Positions 62,320 to 64,000 of a DNA stretch of 64,000 nucleotides are shown here, one piece after another. Position numbers and translations under genes: made by a program. Where the stretch lies: the NCBI GenBank assembly GCA_030390025.1, contig CM059432.1:120654001-120718000 (forward strand), written 5' to 3'. How positions within the stretch are numbered: position 1 is the stretch's first letter; each line of letters starts with the position of its first letter. This stretch comes from Squalus acanthias (Eukaryota). Below the pieces are notes generated by a model. That model searched no databases, had not been told where the DNA came from, and saw nothing but the letters and a program-made list of their open reading frames with translations.

Positions 62320-63308
62320 GGCCCGGAATTGCAGTTAGCAGTGAAGCAAAGGCGTTCGCTGCTGGCCTCGAAGAAAGCTGGCCACAGAGATCTCACGATC
62401 TCGTGATCTTTGTGGCAAGAAGTTTGCCTTTTTCAACATTCCAGTGATTGCTGCGCTCTGTAATGGGGATTCCCTAGTGTGATCTGCTGTGATTTGAACA
62501 AGCTGTCTAAGCAGCTAATGATGCTGCAGAATTCTCGTAGACAGGGAACCAGGAAATGAGAAGCTGCTTATTTTTGGACTTTTTAAAAATGTTACTGGGA
62601 CCAAAATTAAGATTGGGGCTCTCACATGGGGAAATGGTAGAACCTGAAATATCATGAACAAACTTATATAAAAAAAAGTTTTTTAAAAAGTTTCTTAAAA
62701 ATTTAAATTTTTATCATAATGGAGAAATCTGACACTCCACAAAATTAAAATTAGTTTTTCTGGGCCATCATTTTTGCTTAGCAGTCAATACGCTGTTAAA
62801 ACCCCAGTTACACCTAATCCAACAAGGCTTAACATTTAATGAGGTATTTAACATTAATATTACCGTGGAAAAGCATAAGTTTTCTTCAGTATCACTGATT
62901 TCACTGATTGCCGGATATGGTGGGGGTGGAGGGGGGGGCGGGCGGCGGGGGTGGGGGGGAGCGGAGGTGGGGGGAAGTCCACAGTGCAGCCAGTGTCAGT
63001 GCAGTGAATGACTGACCAAAGATGTGCGGGTTAGGTTGATTTGGCTATGATAAATTGACCCTTAGTGTTAGGGGGATTAAATACATGGGGTTACGGGGAT
63101 AGGGTGGGATATGTGTTGGTGCAGGCTCGATGGGCCGAAATGGCCTCTATCTGCACTGTGGGGATTCTGTGATTCTGTGATTCTGAACTTCAGGATTTCC
63201 ATGTTTAGATGTGCATGCGCTACATCCTGAAGTTGTGGTCAGTTTCAAAGGGGTAATAACGGCGAACGCTGTTAGTTCGCCGTTATTATCCACCGCAAAT
63301 TCCGGCCC
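62320..63308. mobile_element. Harbinger-type MITE
   Basis: GGCCCGGAATTGC / GCAAATTCCGGCCC ends; TSD AAT. Confidence 0.8.
63016..63185 (+). mobile_element. HE1-like V-SINE 3' fragment nested in the MITE
   Basis: CCAAAGATGTGCGGGTTAGG...AAATTGACCCTTAGTGT core end and CR1-type tail GCTCGATGGGCCGAA...(GATTCTGT)n. Confidence 0.7.
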
Positions 63309-63784
63309 AATGAGATTAAGGCACAAAATGGGCAAAGCCACCAGCACATTAACTGCAGCAGACCACAGAATTATAGCTGAATGGAAAATGGCACAGTGCC
63401 TGGTCTGCCAGTTCTGTGATTTCCCTGTGCCCATGGTGTGGTCATGGCTGCAATACGGCCCTCAACGAGCTGTCCAAATTATTATCGCCACTTAGCTGGT
63501 ATTTAAGAGCTCAAAGTTAGTTATAACGGCTAAGGGGTGAGTAATATTTTTCGGCAATAGCAGCTGCTAGACAACGATGCAAAATGTGGCTCACTGTTGA
63601 ATCTCTGGAGGCACTCATAGGTTCAATAAGACAGCACAGAATGGACATTTTTGGGCTGGTCACCCACAATGATTCCTTTTCACCTATTCCAAATGGGCAC
63701 TGAAGGAAAAAAAGAGAAAACACTGGGAAAATCCTACAGAATTGTGCTGGGTGTTCACTTAAAAAGCAAAACAAAAGCAAAATT

Positions 63785-63880
63785 CCTGTGGATGCTGCAA
63801 ATCGGAAATCAAAACAGAAAATGCTGCAAAAATACTCAGCAGGTCAGGCAGCATCTGTGAAGAGAGAAACAGAGTTAACG
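63785..63880 (+). mobile_element. Fragment of a Penelope-like terminal repeat
   Basis: GATGCTG...AAAACAGAAAATGCTG...ACTCAGCAGGTCAGGCAGCATCTGTG...AGAGTTAACG, recognised from memory as a common elasmobranch repeat. Confidence 0.45.
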
Positions 63881-64000
63881 GTTAATGGCCTTGTGATAAT
63901 GCAACAGCACAGGCAGAAAAAGTAGCCTGGCGGTGACTGATACTGTGAATGTTTTTTTTTCGAGACCTGGAATACCTGGATTAAAGTTTGGAAAAACAAA

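Noticed and set aside
62920..62975. Strong G-run tract
   Set aside because: Low-complexity core of a MITE, with nothing beyond generic G-quadruplex potential.

Overview
Vertebrate nuclear DNA, most likely from a cartilaginous fish (shark-type CR1 LINEs, an HE1-like V-SINE tail and SacSINE1-like DeuSINEs). The window is mostly nested transposable elements: CR1 LINEs, DeuSINEs, two Tx1-clade LINEs, PIF/Harbinger relics with many non-autonomous MITEs (3-bp TSDs), four solo LTRs and two Gypsy relics. A CpG-rich probable promoter lies at about 35.8-36.3 kb, and a few candidate minus-strand exons could not be assigned to a gene. No intact host protein-coding gene, tRNA, rRNA or CRISPR array could be supported. 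The strongest signal is two related Tx1 retrotransposon copies that sit at the same nucleotide of the tRNA-derived head of two different SINE copies, each with an equivalent 16-bp TSD, which suggests a SINE- or tRNA-head-targeting site-specific retrotransposon. Also notable: two ~1.66-kb solo LTRs with little other evident similarity share a tRNA-like A-box/B-box motif in U5; a five-level insertion nest; and an in-frame Myb/SANT-RT chimeric ORF. All calls were made by eye; no database searches were run.
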